From: Alphaproteobacteria bacterium
GTDB taxonomy: Bacteria > Pseudomonadota > Alphaproteobacteria > UBA2966
Assembly: GCA_018654745.1 (NCBI GenBank)
Contig: JABILA010000085.1
Coordinates: 74,191-138,190, forward strand
Reading direction: 5' to 3'
DNA length: 64,000 bases
Shown here piece by piece: positions 53,349-64,000 of the stretch. Numbering within the stretch: position 1 is the first letter of the stretch; each line of letters starts with the position of its first letter. The notes under the pieces were generated by a model that was given only the letters and a program-made list of their open reading frames with translations, was not told where the DNA came from and did no database searches. Position numbers and translations under genes: made by a program.

Positions 53349-54308
53349 ATGGCTTACGCGCAGGCAAAACAGTTCGACGCCAGCTTGATTCCGGTGATCG
53401 ATATCACGCCCCTACGTGATGGCACAGACCCGGTTGGCGTCGCCAAAGCCTTGCACGCGGCCAGTCAGGACCTGGGCTTCATTTACATTCAGGGCCACGG
53501 TATCCCGGAAGAAACAATTGAAGCCGCCAGAGCCAGCGCCATGGATTTCTTTCGCGCATCCGAGGCTGACAAATCATCGGTTGCCGTTTCAACCAAACAC
53601 CGTGGCTGGCTGGGCCAGAACGGTGCCAAGATGCAGGACGATGCCAAGGCCGATCTGAAAGAAAGTTATATCTGGGGCTGTCAGGATGATGACGGCAAGG
53701 CCCCGGACGACCACCATTTGCGGGGTGCCAACAAGTGGCCTGAATTTGCCCCGGCCATGGAAAAACAGGCCATGGCGTATTTTGACAGCGTTCACGAGGT
53801 TGCCCATCATTTAATGCGCGGCTTCGCACTGGGCCTGGACCTGGAAGAAGATTTTTTTCTGCGCACAGCCTCAAAACCGCTGAGCCGGGCGTCTTACGTA
53901 TATTACCCACAACAACCGGAAGATTTGGGCGAAGAACAATTCGGGGTCGGACCCCATACCGACTTTGGTGTGCTGACAGTTCTGTGTCAGGATTCGGTCG
54001 GCGGCTTGCAGGTTGAAGATATCAATGGCGACTGGGTTCATGCACCACCGATTGAGGGAACATTGATTGTTAATGTCGGTGATCTGCTGTCGCGCTGGAC
54101 GGATGGTGCCTACAAATCAACTGTTCACCGGGTGGTCAACACGTCGGGCCGTGAGCGTTTGTCTCTGGTGCTGGCCTTCGATCCTGACCCCGATACGCAG
54201 ATCGATGCGCGTGAAGTTTTTGGCGAAGATTACAAGCCGGCGGAAGAAGCTATAAGCTGCGGTGATTATCTTGTCTGGCGCTTCAAACGGGCGTTCTCTT
54301 ATCGTTAG
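53349..54308 (+). CDS. 2OG-Fe(II) oxygenase, isopenicillin-N-synthase-like family
   Basis: GGAG RBS. HTDFGVLTVL (HxD) ... VHRVVN, a distal His, and the RxS motif context. Confidence 0.75.
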   Translation: MAYAQAKQFDASLIPVIDITPLRDGTDPVGVAKALHAASQDLGFIYIQGHGIPEETIEAARASAMDFFRASEADKSSVAVSTKHRGWLGQNGAKMQDDAKADLKESYIWGCQDDDGKAPDDHHLRGANKWPEFAPAMEKQAMAYFDSVHEVAHHLMRGFALGLDLEEDFFLRTASKPLSRASYVYYPQQPEDLGEEQFGVGPHTDFGVLTVLCQDSVGGLQVEDINGDWVHAPPIEGTLIVNVGDLLSRWTDGAYKSTVHRVVNTSGRERLSLVLAFDPDPDTQIDAREVFGEDYKPAEEAISCGDYLVWRFKRAFSYR

Positions 54309-54317
54309 GTACAGATC

Positions 54318-54914
54318 ATGACCGAGGTATCACCTCCACCGCAAAACAATACGATTGACCTGGCCATCGGATCGGCCTTGCGCGATATACGCCAGGCCCG
54401 GGACCTGACAGCACGACAACTTGCGACAGAATCTGCTGTCTCGGCGGCAATGATCAGCCGGATCGAAAATGGCCAGGTTTCGCCTTCGATATCGACCCTG
54501 AATGCCCTGAGCAAAGCGCTTGATGTGCCGTTGGTGAGTTTGTTTCGGGAAACCAGTTCACACCATTCAGACTTTACCCATGTCAAACAGGGTGAAGGTC
54601 TGGCATCGACACGCATAATTGACGATCACACGCACGACTTCATCAATCTGGCATTTCACACCAGACGCGATTTGCAGTTTGAGGCACGTATGGTGACACT
54701 GGTCCGCCAGGATGCGCGCCCGCCCGTCTATATCGGTCACGGTGTTGTCTTTGTTTATGCGGTCGAAGGCGAAGCAATTTACGATTATGGCCAAAGGGAA
54801 ATCACCCTGAAAGCCGGAGACAGTTTGAGCCTGGATGCCGAGCTTCGGCACGGCTTTAAGCGGGTGATCACCGATGAGTTCAAGTTCCTGACAGTTCAGG
54901 CAGAGAGACGATAA
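54318..54914 (+). CDS. XRE-family HTH transcriptional regulator with a C-terminal cupin domain
   Basis: HTH LTARQLATESAVSAAMISRIENGQ, followed by a cupin beta-barrel. Confidence 0.75.
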   Translation: MTEVSPPPQNNTIDLAIGSALRDIRQARDLTARQLATESAVSAAMISRIENGQVSPSISTLNALSKALDVPLVSLFRETSSHHSDFTHVKQGEGLASTRIIDDHTHDFINLAFHTRRDLQFEARMVTLVRQDARPPVYIGHGVVFVYAVEGEAIYDYGQREITLKAGDSLSLDAELRHGFKRVITDEFKFLTVQAERR

Positions 54915-54916
54915 AT

Positions 54917-56038
54917 ATGACGACGATATCTTCAAAAGACGATCTGATCACTTCGGAAAAAGATCTGATCACGGGTGCCCGCAATCTACTGATCAACTGC
55001 GCCGAACTGACGCCTGAACAAACCCTGGTCATCATCTGCGAAGACCCGGCACTGGGCTGGTATGACCAGAATGTCGCCGAAGCACTTGAAAATGAAGCCC
55101 GCGACATGGGAATCACGCCAACCGTTTTGCATGTGGGTGCCCCCGGAAACGACAAGAACCCGGAAGTCGTCGATGCCGTTGGCAACCATGATTGCGCCCT
55201 GTTTCTGGCCCGGATCGGGGATCAGGACCGGTTCGCTGATCCCGTGCCCGGCAAAAAGACGATTATGTGCTATGCCCGGAATGCGGCCATGTTGGCATCG
55301 ACCTATGGCCGCGCTGACCACCGGGCATTTTTGCAACTGAAGCAGGCGGTGAACGATATCCTGTTGGCTGCAACCAATATCCGCATGACCTGTGCAAAAG
55401 GAACCGACATTTCCGGCAGCGTATCAAAGAGTGATCGGGAAGAGCCCGGCGATGTATCCGTTCGACGTTTTCCCCTGGGGGTGCCCCAGCCGCTGGATGC
55501 GTCTGAGATGTCGGGTCGGGTCGCCCTGGCAAACTTCCTGACGCCCACCGGGTCAAAAATGTACGAACCGGCTTCTGTGCAGATTGAGGAAGTTGTCTTT
55601 GCCGAGGTTCAGGAAGGCCGGATTGCTGATCTGACCGGCAACATCAATATCGTCGGTGACATCAGAGACCATTACCAGATGGTGTCGAAGAAATTCGGCA
55701 TCCAGGATGACAATGTTCATTCCTTTCACGCAGGCATTCATCCGGGCTGCAGTTACGATACAACTGCACAAGCCGACCCGGATCGCTGGTCAAATACGGT
55801 CTTTACCAACCCCCGTGTGTTGCATTTTCACACCTGTGGAGATTACGCACCTGGCGAAATCTGCTGGATGGTTATCGACCACACTTTGTCGGTCGATGGC
55901 AAGAACTTGTGGCAGGATGGCCGTATGTGCCTGGACGATTTTAACGCCACGCGCCAATGTCTCGAAGACTGGCCGGAACTGAAAGCAATGTTCGCAGAAC
56001 CGGCCCAGGCTATTGGTCTGGGAAACGAGGCAATTTAA
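54917..56038 (+). CDS. Hypothetical protein, distantly M29-aminopeptidase (AmpS) / NicX-like
   Basis: Starts 3 nt after the regulator stop. The C-terminal region HFHTCGD...ICWMVIDHTLSVDGKNLWQDG resembles the AmpS metal-site region. Low-confidence family call. Confidence 0.4.
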   Translation: MTTISSKDDLITSEKDLITGARNLLINCAELTPEQTLVIICEDPALGWYDQNVAEALENEARDMGITPTVLHVGAPGNDKNPEVVDAVGNHDCALFLARIGDQDRFADPVPGKKTIMCYARNAAMLASTYGRADHRAFLQLKQAVNDILLAATNIRMTCAKGTDISGSVSKSDREEPGDVSVRRFPLGVPQPLDASEMSGRVALANFLTPTGSKMYEPASVQIEEVVFAEVQEGRIADLTGNINIVGDIRDHYQMVSKKFGIQDDNVHSFHAGIHPGCSYDTTAQADPDRWSNTVFTNPRVLHFHTCGDYAPGEICWMVIDHTLSVDGKNLWQDGRMCLDDFNATRQCLEDWPELKAMFAEPAQAIGLGNEAI

Positions 56039-56062
56039 CTCTCGCCCGTTAACTCTCTCCTG

Positions 56063-56374
56063 TTAACTCTCGCCAGGTTGTGGTCCGTCATAGCCTTCAA
56101 CGATGACCAGATCGCCAATCGATACGGCCTCGCGTAATTTGATGGCGGCCTGGTATTCCGGCGAATTGTAGCAAGCCATGGCCGTTGCATAATCTGCAAA
56201 TTCCAGCACGACCTGCTTTTGCCTCGCCGAGCCTTCTACCTCTTCGAAATCGCCGCCCCGGACCAGAAAGCGTGCGCCATATTTTGCAAAAGGTTCCGCA
56301 TTCGCCGCGATATATTTTCCGTAGGCGTCAGCGTCTGAAATATCGACACGCGCAACCCAATATGCCTTGGCCAT
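56063..56374 (-). CDS. DUF1330-family small protein
   Basis: 103 aa; AYWVARVDISDADAYGKYIA...FLVRGG is typical of DUF1330. Confidence 0.55.
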   Translation of the reverse strand: MAKAYWVARVDISDADAYGKYIAANAEPFAKYGARFLVRGGDFEEVEGSARQKQVVLEFADYATAMACYNSPEYQAAIKLREAVSIGDLVIVEGYDGPQPGES

Positions 56375-56442
56375 TCAATCTTCTTTCAAGTGATTTTTGT
56401 TCGCCCTAATATACACAGCTGAGCTGGATTTACAGCAGCGGA

Positions 56443-57987
56443 TCAAGCCTGCAATTGAGGAAAAATGTCGACCCCCGCCGCATCAATGATGGCGCCGGAA
56501 CGGATCAAGGCTGTGCTTGCTTCAATGTCCGGGCTGAGAAACCGGTCATCCCCCATGGTTTCGACATCCTGTCGCAGACACAACAAGGCTTGTCGCAAGG
56601 CAGGACTGGTGGACAGAGGACTTCTGAATTCCACGCCCTGGCAGGCCGTCAGATATTCAACACCAATGATCGCGGACAAATTATCCACCATTTCCAGCAG
56701 TCGCCGGGCTGCATGTGCGGCCATGGAAACATGATCTTCCTGATTGGCGCTGGTCGGTGTCGAATCCACAGAACAAGGCGAGGCCTTTTGTTTGTTTTCC
56801 GACATCAAGGCAGCTGTTGTAACCTCGGCAATCATAAAACCGGAATTCACACCGGGGTTCGGGGACAAGAAGGCCGGCAAACCAAAATTCATGGCTGGGT
56901 CGACCATCAAAGCGACACGGCGCTGGGCGATGGCACCAATTTCTGCAATGGCAAGTGCGGTATGATCGGCGGCGAGGGCCACGGGTTCTGCATGAAAGTT
57001 ACCACCGGACACGATGGAACCGTCTTCAACAAAAACCAGGGGATTATCGGTGACGGCGTTGGCTTCAATTTGCAGGGTCTTGCCCACGGCGCGAAGCGAA
57101 TCCAGACAGGCCCCCAGCACCTGTGGTTGGCAGCGAATGCAGTAGGGATCCTGCACGCGTTCATCATCATCGCGGTGGGAATCGCGGATTTTCGATCCGG
57201 ACATCAGGGAACGCAAAGCTTCGCCCACGTCGATCTGGCCCTGGTGCCCCCTGAGGGCGTGGATTTCGGGTCGGAACGGTGCGGCGGAACCCATGATAGC
57301 ATCCGTCGACATGGCACCGGTGACCAGCGATGCCATGGCGCAGCGCCAGGCCTCAAACAATCCGGCCAATGCCAAAGCCGTTGACACCTGGGTGCCGTTG
57401 ATCAAGCCGAGACCCTCTTTGGGACCAAGCACAACAGGTGACAAACCGGCGGCTTCCAGTGCTGCCTGACCAGACATCCTGCGACCTTCAAACAGTGCTT
57501 CACCCTCGCCGATCATGGTAGCCGTCATATGTGCCAGTGGGGCCAGATCACCAGAGGCACCAACGGACCCTTGACCAGGTATAACCGGAGAGACACCTTT
57601 GGCCAGCATGGCTTCCATCAATTTTATGACTTCCAGACGCACGCCGGAAGCACCGCGTCCCAGTGACATCAGCTTTAACATCATGATCAAACGGACGACC
57701 GGTTCCGACAAGGGTTCGCCAACGCCACAGCAATGGGAAAGGATCAGGTTGCGTTGCAGGCGTTCAGTATCCTGGGCCGGAATCTGGGTGTTGGCCAGTT
57801 TGCCAAAGCCGGTGTTCACGCCATAAACCGCTTCAGTTCCCTGCGCAGCCCTGGCCAGTACGGCGGCGGCGGCGTTGATCTTTTCATGCGTATCGGGATG
57901 CAACTGAACGGCGGGACTTTGGCGATACAGCACTTCCAGGTCATTCAGTGACACCTGGCTGGGAACAAGGATCATGGGTTCAGTCAT
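56443..57987 (-). CDS. hutH: Histidine ammonia-lyase
   Basis: 514 aa with the [18 protein letters not shown]-forming Ala-Ser-Gly motif. Confidence 0.9.
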   Translation of the reverse strand: MTEPMILVPSQVSLNDLEVLYRQSPAVQLHPDTHEKINAAAAVLARAAQGTEAVYGVNTGFGKLANTQIPAQDTERLQRNLILSHCCGVGEPLSEPVVRLIMMLKLMSLGRGASGVRLEVIKLMEAMLAKGVSPVIPGQGSVGASGDLAPLAHMTATMIGEGEALFEGRRMSGQAALEAAGLSPVVLGPKEGLGLINGTQVSTALALAGLFEAWRCAMASLVTGAMSTDAIMGSAAPFRPEIHALRGHQGQIDVGEALRSLMSGSKIRDSHRDDDERVQDPYCIRCQPQVLGACLDSLRAVGKTLQIEANAVTDNPLVFVEDGSIVSGGNFHAEPVALAADHTALAIAEIGAIAQRRVALMVDPAMNFGLPAFLSPNPGVNSGFMIAEVTTAALMSENKQKASPCSVDSTPTSANQEDHVSMAAHAARRLLEMVDNLSAIIGVEYLTACQGVEFRSPLSTSPALRQALLCLRQDVETMGDDRFLSPDIEASTALIRSGAIIDAAGVDIFPQLQA

Positions 57988-58007
57988 TTGCTGCTCTCAT
58001 TTGATTT

Positions 58008-58763
58008 TCATTGACCGGTGCTGAACCGGCCGACAAGTCTGTGGCGATCACCAGGATAGGTAAGTTGTACGAAAGTCAGGCCCTGCCCTGTCATCCAGGT
58101 CGTACGCTCGACCCGCAGACAGGCATCGCCCGTGTCGATTTGCAAAAGTGAGGACTGTTCTTCCGATGCATTGACCGCAAGGATCGTGTGTTCAACCCGG
58201 CTCCAGGGCACGTTGCCGAGAAGCCAGCGGTTTGGAGGAACTTCGTCAAAAGGTGCGTCTCGTGCACCCGGTACCGCTGCCAGATTGATATAGCGTTCTT
58301 CGATTAGCACAGCCTCACCGTCGCTGAGATGACGACACTTCAGGAACAACCCGGTTTCACCGGCGTCACAATCAAGGCGCTCTGCAACGTGGCTGCCAGC
58401 CGGCTTTTCCTGACGCTCAAGCAGTTCGTAGGCATAGACGGCACCCGTTTCTTCGATTTCGTCTGCGATGTCGCGCAATTCCATGACCGCATGTTCAACT
58501 ACTGCCGGGGCAACAAATGTACCGTTGCGGCGGTGGCGGACGATCAGGTTTTCATCCGCCAGCATTTGCAGTGCACGGTTCACCGTCATGCGGGAAGTGT
58601 TAAATATTTGCAAGAACTCATGCTCGGACGGCAGGCGATCTCCGGGTGCCTTGAGACCGCTGTGAATAGCCGAGGCGATGGACCGTTTGATCTGCCGATA
58701 AAGCGCCCCCCGGCCATCCAGCGTGAATACGGGTTTTTCTGTCGTGTGTGTTTCAGTCATCAC
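58008..58763 (-). CDS. hutC: Histidine utilisation repressor (GntR/HutC subfamily, UTRA domain)
   Basis: Carries LPSEHEFLQIFNTSRMTVNRALQMLADENLIVRHRRNGTFV. It sits between hutH and hutF. Confidence 0.85.
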   Translation of the reverse strand: MMTETHTTEKPVFTLDGRGALYRQIKRSIASAIHSGLKAPGDRLPSEHEFLQIFNTSRMTVNRALQMLADENLIVRHRRNGTFVAPAVVEHAVMELRDIADEIEETGAVYAYELLERQEKPAGSHVAERLDCDAGETGLFLKCRHLSDGEAVLIEERYINLAAVPGARDAPFDEVPPNRWLLGNVPWSRVEHTILAVNASEEQSSLLQIDTGDACLRVERTTWMTGQGLTFVQLTYPGDRHRLVGRFSTGQ

Positions 58764-60121
58764 GCAGCCACCAGTTTTTTCAAAACATGAGCATAACGCG
58801 CCAGGTTTTGTTCACGGGCCACATGACGACCTTCGTGAACCAGATGTTTTCCGCCAACCCAGACGTCGCGAACAACGGAGTTATCGCCCGCAAAAATCCA
58901 GCCATCCAGTATGTCATCGCCTGATCGCGCCATCAGAGATGGGTGCCGGTCATCCAATGAAACAATGTCTGCCCTTGATCCCGGCGCTATTTTGCCGATT
59001 GCGCGACCACTGGCCTGCGCACCACCTGTCAGCACTGTGTCCAAAAGGTGACGCCCGGTGGAACCACCTGGCTTGGCCAGCACATTTCGGCCCTGACGTT
59101 TGAGCCTTTGGCCATATTCCAGTAGCCGCAATTCTTCGGCGGCACTGATCCTCACGTTGCTGTCGCTACCGATTGCCATGTGACCGTTGAGTTCGAGATA
59201 CATGTCAGCGGCAAATATTCCATCCCCGAGATTGGCTTCGGTGACAGGACAAAGGCCTGCGACGGCACCGCTTTGTGCCAGTGCTTTCATTTCGGCGTCG
59301 GTCATATGGGTAGCATGCACCAGGCACCAACGGTCATCGACGGACGCCTGATCAAACAACCATTCAACCGGTCTGGCACCGGACCACGCAAGGCAGTCTT
59401 CGACCTCTTGTTGTTGTTCGGCAATATGGATATGGACCGGGCCGTCGGGCGACTGGTCCAGAATTTCAGACAGCCCCTGCGGTGTCGCGGCACGCAGGGA
59501 ATGAGGCGCAATACCAACAACTGTATCGGACACAGTTTTCGCCGCGGTTGTTGCGCCTTCGACAAGTTGTGCAAACATTTCAGGTGTATTGGCAAAGCGG
59601 CCCTGGGCTTCACCAGGTTCCGCACCGCCAAAGCCACTGCTTTCGTAAAAGACCGGTAGCAATGTCATGCCAATGCCGGAATCTGTGGCGGCTTCCAGTA
59701 TGGCCAGGGACATCTCGGCAATATTGTCAAAGGGACGACGACCAGGGGCGTGATGCAAATAATGAAATTCGGCCACGGATGTGAACCCGGCTTCCAGCAT
59801 TTCCATGTAGGCAAGAGTGGCAATCGCGGCCAGGTCTTCTGGTGTTACCTGGTCGACAAAGCGATACATCAGATCCCGCCAGGTCCAGAAGCTGTCATCG
59901 CTCTGGCCCCGACGTTCAGTTAATCCCGCCATGGCTCGCTGGAAAGCATGGCTGTGGCAGTTGGGCACCCCAGGGAGTGCGATGGTACCAGAATAATCGA
60001 CATCGGGTCGCGCAATGCCTGTTGTCACAGACGTGATCCAACCCTCGGCATCAGCCTCGATCAGAACGTCCTTGGCCCAGCCGGCAGGCAACAGACAATG
60101 GGTAAAATGGAAGCGCGTCAT
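58760..60121 (-). CDS. hutF: Formiminoglutamate deiminase (amidohydrolase superfamily)
   Basis: Starts MTRFHFTHCLLPAGWAKDV ... HSHAFQRAMAGLTERRG, with an AGGAAAAGAAG RBS. Confidence 0.85.
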   Translation of the reverse strand: MTRFHFTHCLLPAGWAKDVLIEADAEGWITSVTTGIARPDVDYSGTIALPGVPNCHSHAFQRAMAGLTERRGQSDDSFWTWRDLMYRFVDQVTPEDLAAIATLAYMEMLEAGFTSVAEFHYLHHAPGRRPFDNIAEMSLAILEAATDSGIGMTLLPVFYESSGFGGAEPGEAQGRFANTPEMFAQLVEGATTAAKTVSDTVVGIAPHSLRAATPQGLSEILDQSPDGPVHIHIAEQQQEVEDCLAWSGARPVEWLFDQASVDDRWCLVHATHMTDAEMKALAQSGAVAGLCPVTEANLGDGIFAADMYLELNGHMAIGSDSNVRISAAEELRLLEYGQRLKRQGRNVLAKPGGSTGRHLLDTVLTGGAQASGRAIGKIAPGSRADIVSLDDRHPSLMARSGDDILDGWIFAGDNSVVRDVWVGGKHLVHEGRHVAREQNLARYAHVLKKLVAA

Positions 60122-60145
60122 CTTCTTTTCCTGATGTGCATTATA

Positions 60146-60195
60146 TTGTCTATACAAAAAGACTTGCCCCCTGTCCATTCAAATTGTATAGACAA
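60146..60195. promoter_or_regulatory. Two HutC-type operator palindromes, TTGTCTATACAA and TTGTATAGACAA, in the hutF-hutI divergent promoter
   Basis: Sites at 60146-60157 and 60184-60195. They resemble the Pseudomonas hut operator TTGTATGTACAAG. Confidence 0.55.
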
Positions 60196-60226
60196 TTAAT
60201 CCTGACTTCAAAAACGGAGTTCCCTG

Positions 60227-61468
60227 ATGGCTTTTCTGGTCGACACAATCTGGCGAAACGCCCGCATTGCAACGATGTCTGCGGGTTCCAGAAACTATGG
60301 CATTATAGAAGATGGCCTGATCGCGGCACAGGATGGCCGCATTGCCTGGGTCGGGGCAGCCAGCGAAGCACCACAATTTGATGCCATACATTTGCATGAT
60401 TTGCAGGGCCGCTGGATAACGCCGGGTCTGGTGGATTGCCACACACATCTGGTTTACGGCGGCAACCGTGCCCTGGAATTTGAACAGCGTCTGCAAGGGG
60501 CGACGTACGAAGAAATATCCCGTGCCGGGGGCGGTATCGTGTCGACCGTGCGGGAAACGCGCAATGCAACACTTGAGATGCTGATTTACCAAGCCACGCC
60601 ACGTCTTGAAAGTTTGATGGCCGACGGTGTCACGACAATTGAAATCAAATCCGGTTACGGCCTGAACGTTGAAACCGAGATCAAGATGCTGGAGGCAGCA
60701 CGTGCCCTGGCGGAAGATCACAACATCCGGGTGCAGACAACTTTCCTCGGTGCACATGCCCTGCCCCCGGAAGCGGACGGTGATTCTGACGCCTATATCC
60801 AGCAGGTCTGCGAAGAACAATTGCCAGCCGTTGCGGCAGCAGGATTAGCAGACGCCGTCGATGCTTTTTGTGAGGGCATTGGATTTTCCAATGATCAGAC
60901 AAGACGCGTGTTCGAAGCCGCCAGAGTACATGGCTTGCCTGTAAAGCTACACGCAGAACAGCTTTCAAACCTGGGGGGTGCGGCCCTGGCTGCGGAGTTT
61001 GGCGGATTGTCGGCGGATCATCTGGAATATGTTGATGAACCTGGTATCGAAGCCATGGTCAAAGCCGGAACAGTGGCGGTGATCTTGCCTGGCGCTTTCT
61101 ATTTTCTGCGCGATACCCATGTGCCGCCGGTCGATTTGATGCGCAAACATGGTGTGCCCATGGCGCTGGCCAGTGACAGCAACCCGGGCTCTTCCCCCAT
61201 GGGCTCCCTGCTTTTGGCCCTGAACATGGCTTGTACGCTTTTTCATATGACACCGGTCGAAGCACTGGCAAGTGTGACATGCAACGGCGCTGCAGCTCTT
61301 GGGTTGCAAGACGAAACCGGCTCCGTCGAAGTCGGCAAGGCATGTGATCTCGCAGTCTGGGATATCGAACATCCGGCGGAACTGAGCTACACCATCGGCC
61401 TGAACCGACTGCACATGCGGGTCTGGAACGGCCTGGTTGAATACAAAACCAGCGGCCTGACTTCGTGA
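60227..61468 (+). CDS. hutI: Imidazolonepropionase
   Basis: 413 aa with [34 protein letters not shown]. Confidence 0.9.
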   Translation: MAFLVDTIWRNARIATMSAGSRNYGIIEDGLIAAQDGRIAWVGAASEAPQFDAIHLHDLQGRWITPGLVDCHTHLVYGGNRALEFEQRLQGATYEEISRAGGGIVSTVRETRNATLEMLIYQATPRLESLMADGVTTIEIKSGYGLNVETEIKMLEAARALAEDHNIRVQTTFLGAHALPPEADGDSDAYIQQVCEEQLPAVAAAGLADAVDAFCEGIGFSNDQTRRVFEAARVHGLPVKLHAEQLSNLGGAALAAEFGGLSADHLEYVDEPGIEAMVKAGTVAVILPGAFYFLRDTHVPPVDLMRKHGVPMALASDSNPGSSPMGSLLLALNMACTLFHMTPVEALASVTCNGAAALGLQDETGSVEVGKACDLAVWDIEHPAELSYTIGLNRLHMRVWNGLVEYKTSGLTS

Positions 61469-62277
61469 GTGAGTTTCTCGAAATTCATCAGGGGACGTCT
61501 CCCCTGGTCCTGTCAATGCCGCACAGTGGCCGCGATCTGGTCCTGGAAGTTGAAGCCTGCCTGAATAACGAAGGCCGGGCCCTAGCTGATACGGACTGGT
61601 GGATTGAACGCCTCTATGATTTTCATCCCGCGCTAGGTGCGGGTGTTGTGCGCACAAAACTGTCCCGTTACGTCATCGATCTCAATCGCGATCCTTCCGG
61701 CCAGTCGCTATATCCAGGCCAGGCAACGACAGGATTGTGCCCGACGGAAACTTTTGACGGGGTGCCCATATATCAGCCGGGAAAAGAACCGGACGATGCT
61801 GATGTGGCCAACCGCCTGACCAGGTATTTCCAACCCTACCATGATGCCTTGCAACAAACGCTGGATGCCACAGTTGCCCGGCACGGATTTGCCTTGTTGT
61901 TTGACTGTCATTCCATCCGCTCGGTTGTCCCGCGTTTGTTTGAGGGCTTGTTGCCGGTTTTCAATATTGGCACCAACGACGGCAAAGCCAGCGCACCGGA
62001 CCTCGGGCAAATTCTCGCAGACACCTGTGCCGCCCAAGATGATCTGTCCTTTGTTCTGAACGGACGCTTCAAGGGTGGCTGGATCACCCGCCACTATGGC
62101 GATCCGGCCAACAACATTCATGCGGTGCAGCTGGAGCTGTCACAAGCCGCTTACATGATCGAAAAACCACCCTGGACTTATCTTGAACCTAACGCGGCAG
62201 CCACCGCCAGCATTATCCAATCTGCCTTACAACACATGCTCGCCTGGTCGAGCAATCATCTGGGAGAAACTTCATGA
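61465..62277 (+). CDS. hutG: N-formylglutamate amidohydrolase
   Basis: GTG start overlapping the hutI stop. Carries [12 protein letters not shown] ... FDCHSIRS. Confidence 0.85.
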   Translation: MSEFLEIHQGTSPLVLSMPHSGRDLVLEVEACLNNEGRALADTDWWIERLYDFHPALGAGVVRTKLSRYVIDLNRDPSGQSLYPGQATTGLCPTETFDGVPIYQPGKEPDDADVANRLTRYFQPYHDALQQTLDATVARHGFALLFDCHSIRSVVPRLFEGLLPVFNIGTNDGKASAPDLGQILADTCAAQDDLSFVLNGRFKGGWITRHYGDPANNIHAVQLELSQAAYMIEKPPWTYLEPNAAATASIIQSALQHMLAWSSNHLGETS

Positions 62278-63944
62278 ACCAGCCCACACGCACAGACAAC
62301 AGCCGTCATATTTCGGCCCCGCGCGGTACTGAACTCAACACCCTGAGCTGGCTGACAGAAGCCCCCTTGCGCATGTTGATGAACAATCTGGATGCCGAAG
62401 TTGCAGAAAACCCTCAGGAACTGGTGGTTTATGGCGGCATCGGCCGGGCGGCAAGGAACTGGGAGGCTTTCGACCAGATCGTCGCCAGCCTGAAAACCCT
62501 GAAGGAAGATGAAACCTTACTGGTGCAATCAGGCAAACCGGTGGGTGTCTTTCGCACCCACGCAGACGCCCCCCGAGTGCTGATTGCCAATTCGAACCTC
62601 GTGCCGGAATGGGCCAACTGGGATCATTTCAACGAACTGGATAAGGTGGGTCTGATGATGTACGGCCAGATGACGGCAGGCTCGTGGATCTATATCGGTA
62701 GCCAGGGCATTGTTCAGGGCACCTATGAAACCTTTGTCGAAATGGGTCGCCAGCATTATGGCGGCGATCTTGCCGGTCGCTGGTTCCTGACCGGTGGTCT
62801 GGGCGGTATGGGTGGTGCCCAGCCGCTGGCAGCAACCATGGCCGGTGCTTCGATGCTGGCGGTTGAATGTCAGCCCAGTCGCATCGACTTCCGCCTTGGC
62901 AACGGATACCTCGATAAACGGGCCGACACCATCGACGAAGCCCTGGCAATAATCGAACAATCCTGCGCCGACAAAAAACCGGTTTCCGTTGGCCTCTTGG
63001 GCAATGCCGCAGAGGTTTTCCCGGAGTTGGTGCGCAGAGGTGTGCGACCGGATGGTGTCACCGACCAGACCTCAGCCCATGATCCCTTGAACGGTTATTT
63101 GCCCGCAGGCTGGACCCTGGATCAGTGGCAAACAGCAAAAGAAAAAGATCCCAAGTCCGTGGAAAAGGCCGCCAAGGAATCCATGGCTGTCCAGGTTCGA
63201 GCCATGCTGGATTTTATGCATATGGGTGTGCCGACAGTGGATTACGGCAACAACATTCGCCAGGTCGCCAAGGACATGGGTGTTGCTGATGCATTTGATT
63301 TTCCGGGCTTCGTACCCGCCTATGTGCGGCCCTTGTTCTGTCGCGGTGTTGGCCCCTTCCGCTGGGTGGCCCTGTCCGGTGACCCGGAAGACATCTATCG
63401 CACCGATGCCAAGGTGAAAGAACTGATTCCGGATGATCCGCACCTGCACAACTGGCTGGATATGGCACGTGAGCGCATTCATTTCCAGGGCCTGCCATCG
63501 CGCATCTGCTGGGTGGGTCTGGGCCAACGCCATCGCCTGGGGTTAGCCTTCAATGAGATGGTCAAATCCGGTGAATTGAAAGCGCCCGTTGTCATTGGCC
63601 GCGACCACCTGGATTCTGGCTCAGTTGCCAGCCCCAACCGTGAGACCGAGGCCATGAAAGACGGATCAGACGCTGTCTCCGACTGGCCTTTACTAAACGC
63701 ACTATTGAATACGGCCTCCGGTGCCACCTGGGTATCGATCCATCACGGCGGTGGTGTCGGCATGGGTTATTCGCAGCACGCTGGCATGGTCATTGTCTGT
63801 GACGGCACCGACGATGCAGCCAGACGGATTGAGCGTGTTCTGTGGAACGATCCTGCCTCTGGCGTCATGCGCCACGCCGACGCAGGATACGAAAGCGCCA
63901 TCGACTGCGCGAAGGAGTTTGGTCTGAATTTGCCGTCTTTGTGA
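62274..63944 (+). CDS. hutU: Urocanate hydratase
   Basis: 556 aa with the typical urocanase NAD-binding region. Its start overlaps the hutG stop. Confidence 0.9.
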   Translation: MNQPTRTDNSRHISAPRGTELNTLSWLTEAPLRMLMNNLDAEVAENPQELVVYGGIGRAARNWEAFDQIVASLKTLKEDETLLVQSGKPVGVFRTHADAPRVLIANSNLVPEWANWDHFNELDKVGLMMYGQMTAGSWIYIGSQGIVQGTYETFVEMGRQHYGGDLAGRWFLTGGLGGMGGAQPLAATMAGASMLAVECQPSRIDFRLGNGYLDKRADTIDEALAIIEQSCADKKPVSVGLLGNAAEVFPELVRRGVRPDGVTDQTSAHDPLNGYLPAGWTLDQWQTAKEKDPKSVEKAAKESMAVQVRAMLDFMHMGVPTVDYGNNIRQVAKDMGVADAFDFPGFVPAYVRPLFCRGVGPFRWVALSGDPEDIYRTDAKVKELIPDDPHLHNWLDMARERIHFQGLPSRICWVGLGQRHRLGLAFNEMVKSGELKAPVVIGRDHLDSGSVASPNRETEAMKDGSDAVSDWPLLNALLNTASGATWVSIHHGGGVGMGYSQHAGMVIVCDGTDDAARRIERVLWNDPASGVMRHADAGYESAIDCAKEFGLNLPSL

Positions 63945-64000
63945 GGAAAGTAATAAATGCTCCAAAATTGATTGGAATCAAACAGAGATTTTCTATTTCG

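Noticed and set aside
1-64000. CRISPR arrays, integrases, transposases, prophage or toxin-antitoxin genes
   Set aside because: I searched by eye for regular short direct repeats and for the characteristic protein motifs and found none. The only dispersed repeat is the two-copy REP-like element.

Overview
This 64 kb window is high-GC (about 55-58%) chromosomal DNA, probably alphaproteobacterial. It is almost entirely catabolic genes with their transporters and regulators. I found no rRNA, tRNA, CRISPR array, integrase or transposase. The main blocks are listed below.

- **Cyclic-amidine or ectoine-like amino-acid catabolism (94-7529).** It encodes a tartrate/D-malate dehydrogenase-like enzyme, a diaminopropionate ammonia-lyase-like enzyme, two M24 peptidases, an Asp/Glu-racemase-like protein and a DoeB-like deacylase. 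A 0.9 kb low-GC insertion encoding a TPR protein interrupts it.
- **GntR-regulated TRAP-transporter cluster (7526-15303).** It carries genes for an SMP-30-like protein, a cyclase, an MBL-fold hydrolase and an FAH-family enzyme.
- **Hydantoin / cyclic-amide island (15938-43291).** It holds two paralogous modules. Each has an ATP-dependent hydantoinase pair (hyuA/hyuB), an isochorismatase-family hydrolase and a small paralogous membrane protein. It also contains an amidase, a D-hydantoinase, a PotABCD-like ABC transporter, a repeat-expanded 937 aa flotillin, a putative three-gene module of CE4 deacetylase, small Cys protein and COG0523 GTPase, and a methylisocitrate-lyase-like gene. Two copies of a ~100 bp REP-like inverted-repeat element lie in it.
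- **Fatty-acid-type genes** (acyl-CoA dehydrogenase α/β pair, SCP-x-like thiolase, quinone oxidoreductase), a creatininase-family gene and a glutathione S-transferase.
- **Polar amino-acid ABC transporter.**
- **2OG-oxygenase / cupin-regulator / M29-like putative operon.**
- **Complete five-step histidine utilisation locus** (hutH, hutC, hutF, hutI, hutG, hutU).

The most unusual observation is a short N-terminal helix motif followed by a Pro/Ala-rich disordered linker. It is shared by HyuA of module 1, HyuB of module 2 and a free-standing 69 aa protein. It looks like a docking or targeting peptide. The hyuB that carries it is co-directional with the giant flotillin and an orphan ABC ATPase. 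The island's divergent promoters also share a TTGTATAC motif. Several palindromic operator candidates and structured leaders are described below.
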